64,000 nucleotides of DNA from Squalus acanthias (lineage: Eukaryota): the NCBI GenBank assembly GCA_030390025.1, contig CM059432.1, positions 124,001-188,000 of the forward strand. The letters are read 5' to 3'. Made by a program: the position numbers and the translations under genes. This document shows positions 62,304-64,000 of the stretch, one piece after another (the stretch's first letter is position 1; every line of letters starts with the position of its first letter). The notes under the pieces were generated by a model. The model worked only from the letters and a program-made list of their open reading frames with translations. It was not told the origin of the DNA and ran no database searches.

Positions 62304-62822
62304 AACATAAGAACCTAAGAAATAGGAGCAGGAGTCGGCCATTCGGTCCCTCGAGCCTGCTCCGTCATTCAATAAGATCATGGCTGATCATTGACCTCAT
62401 CTCCACTTTCCTGCACTATCCCCATATCCCTTGATTCCCTTAATATTCCAAAATCTATCGATCTCTGTCTTGAATATACTCAACGACTGAGCCTCCACAG
62501 TCCTCTGGGGTAGAGAATTCCAAAGATTCACCACCCTCTGAGTGAAGAAATGTCTCCTCATCTCAGTCCTAAATGGCCGACCCTTTATTCTGAGACTGTG
62601 ACCCCTGGTTCTAGACTCCCCGGCCAAGGGAAACATCCTCCCTGCATCTATCCTGTAAGAATTTTGTATGTTTCAATGAGATCACCTCTCATTCTTCTAA
62701 ACTCCAGAGAATATAGGCCCAGTCTGCTCAATCTGTCCTCATAGGACAATCTCCCCATCCCAGGAACCAGTCTGGTGAACCTTCTTTGCACGCCCTCTAT
62801 GGCAAGTATATCCTTCCTTAGG
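62304..62822 (-). mobile_element. CR1 3' fragment (paralog of 29235-29752)
   Basis: ORF 62397-62636 plus tail. Confidence 0.9.
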
Positions 62823-63774
62823 TAAACATGACCAAGAAGCTGTCAGATTGTCGTAAAAGCCCAACTGGTTCACTCATGTCCCTTTAGGGAAGGAAACCTG
62901 CCGTCCTTACCCGGTCTGGGCCTATAGGTGACTCCAGTCCCACACTAACCTGCTTGACCCTGAACTGCCCCATGAAGTAGCCCAGCGAGACACTCAGTTG
63001 TATCAGACCTGCTATTGGGGAACTGGTGATGGGCAAAAGACGTCGGCCTTGCCAGCGACGCCCACATCCCGAGAATGAATAAATAAATAGAAAGTGCTTG
63101 AGAGCGAGTTGAGAGGAATTGTGAATGACAAAAGGAAAATGTTAAATCACAACAGAAAATGCTGGGAACACTCAGCAGGTCAGGCAGCATCGAGGAGAGA
63201 GAGAAACAGAGTCAACGTTTCCAGTCGGGGAACCTTCGTCAGAAGGAAAATGTTAGTTTGGCTAAAGGAAGACAAAGCATCAGGAGCTGATGGGATTAAT
63301 CCTGGGATCCTGAGGGAGATTGAGGAGATAATTGGAGATTATATTACTGGGTCTACTGAGTGTGGATGTGTGCCCGAGGACTGGAGAGTGATCAATGTAT
63401 TACATAGAATGTACAGCACAGAAAGAGGCCATCGGCCCAACTGGTCCGTGCCGGTGTTTCTGTTCCACACGAGCCTCCGCCCACCCCTCTTCATCTCACC
63501 CCATCACCATATCCTTCTATTCCTTTCTCCCTCAAGTGTTTATCTAGCCTCCTATTAAATGCATCTTTACTATTCGCCTCAACCACTCCCTGTGGAAGCG
63601 AGTTCCACATTCTCACCACTCTGTGGGTAAAGAAGTTTCTCCTGAATTCCCTATTGGATTTATTAGTGACTATCTTATATTGAATGGCTCCTAGTTCTGG
63701 TCTCTCTCAACAAGTTGAAACATCTTCTCTACATCTACCCCATCAAACCCTTTCAAAACGTTAAAGACCTCGAT

Positions 63775-63924
63775 CAGGAGTGAAGGTGAAGAGAGTCAGT
63801 GAACTGAGGAGTGAGAATCAGGCAGCTAAATGTTTAAATCTCATTGGTTGGCTGCCTCATGAGCTCATATTTGGGTTGGAACCTCATGCTCTGGAAAGGC
63901 GGAGGGACGAGGAGGCGAAACATA
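63775..63924 (+). promoter_or_regulatory. Upstream/promoter region of a probable third actin-like copy
   Basis: Near-identical to 3447-3596, including the ATTGG box. Interrupted at 63925. Confidence 0.65.
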
Positions 63925-64000
63925 ACATAAGATCATAAGAAGTAGGAGCAGGAGTCGGCCATACGACCCCTCGGGCCTGCTCCGCCATTCAATAGGATCA
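63925..64000 (-). mobile_element. CR1 3' tail running off the window
   Basis: ACATAAGATCATAAGAAGTAGGAGCAGGAGTCGGCC is the reverse complement of the CR1 tail. Confidence 0.85.

Overview
Repeat-dense vertebrate genomic DNA, most likely a shark or other elasmobranch. This is inferred from the repeat content: abundant CR1 and RTE LINEs, DeuSINE/SacSINE-like SINEs and a Penelope fragment. The window is a head-to-tail segmental duplication with a ~27-33 kb period. Two units carry a complete, open 372-codon actin-like gene on the + strand (3783-3905 + 8302-9297; 31175-31297 + 46847-47842). The upstream region of a third copy begins at ~62.3-63.9 kb. These actins are unusual: they keep only the codon-41/42 intron, lack the acidic N-terminus, carry a 3-aa deletion in subdomain 4 and end in HRKSF. 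The two copies differ at ~40 residues although their non-coding flanks are nearly identical. The remainder is nested transposable elements: CR1 copies (one full-length, one 5'-complete), RTE LINEs (one broken into inverted pieces), four 893-bp PIF/Harbinger-like MITEs, two solo LTRs, a Penelope fragment with a minimal hammerhead ribozyme, SINE-derived 33-bp minisatellites and kilobase CT/CA tracts. All counts were made by hand and no database search was run.
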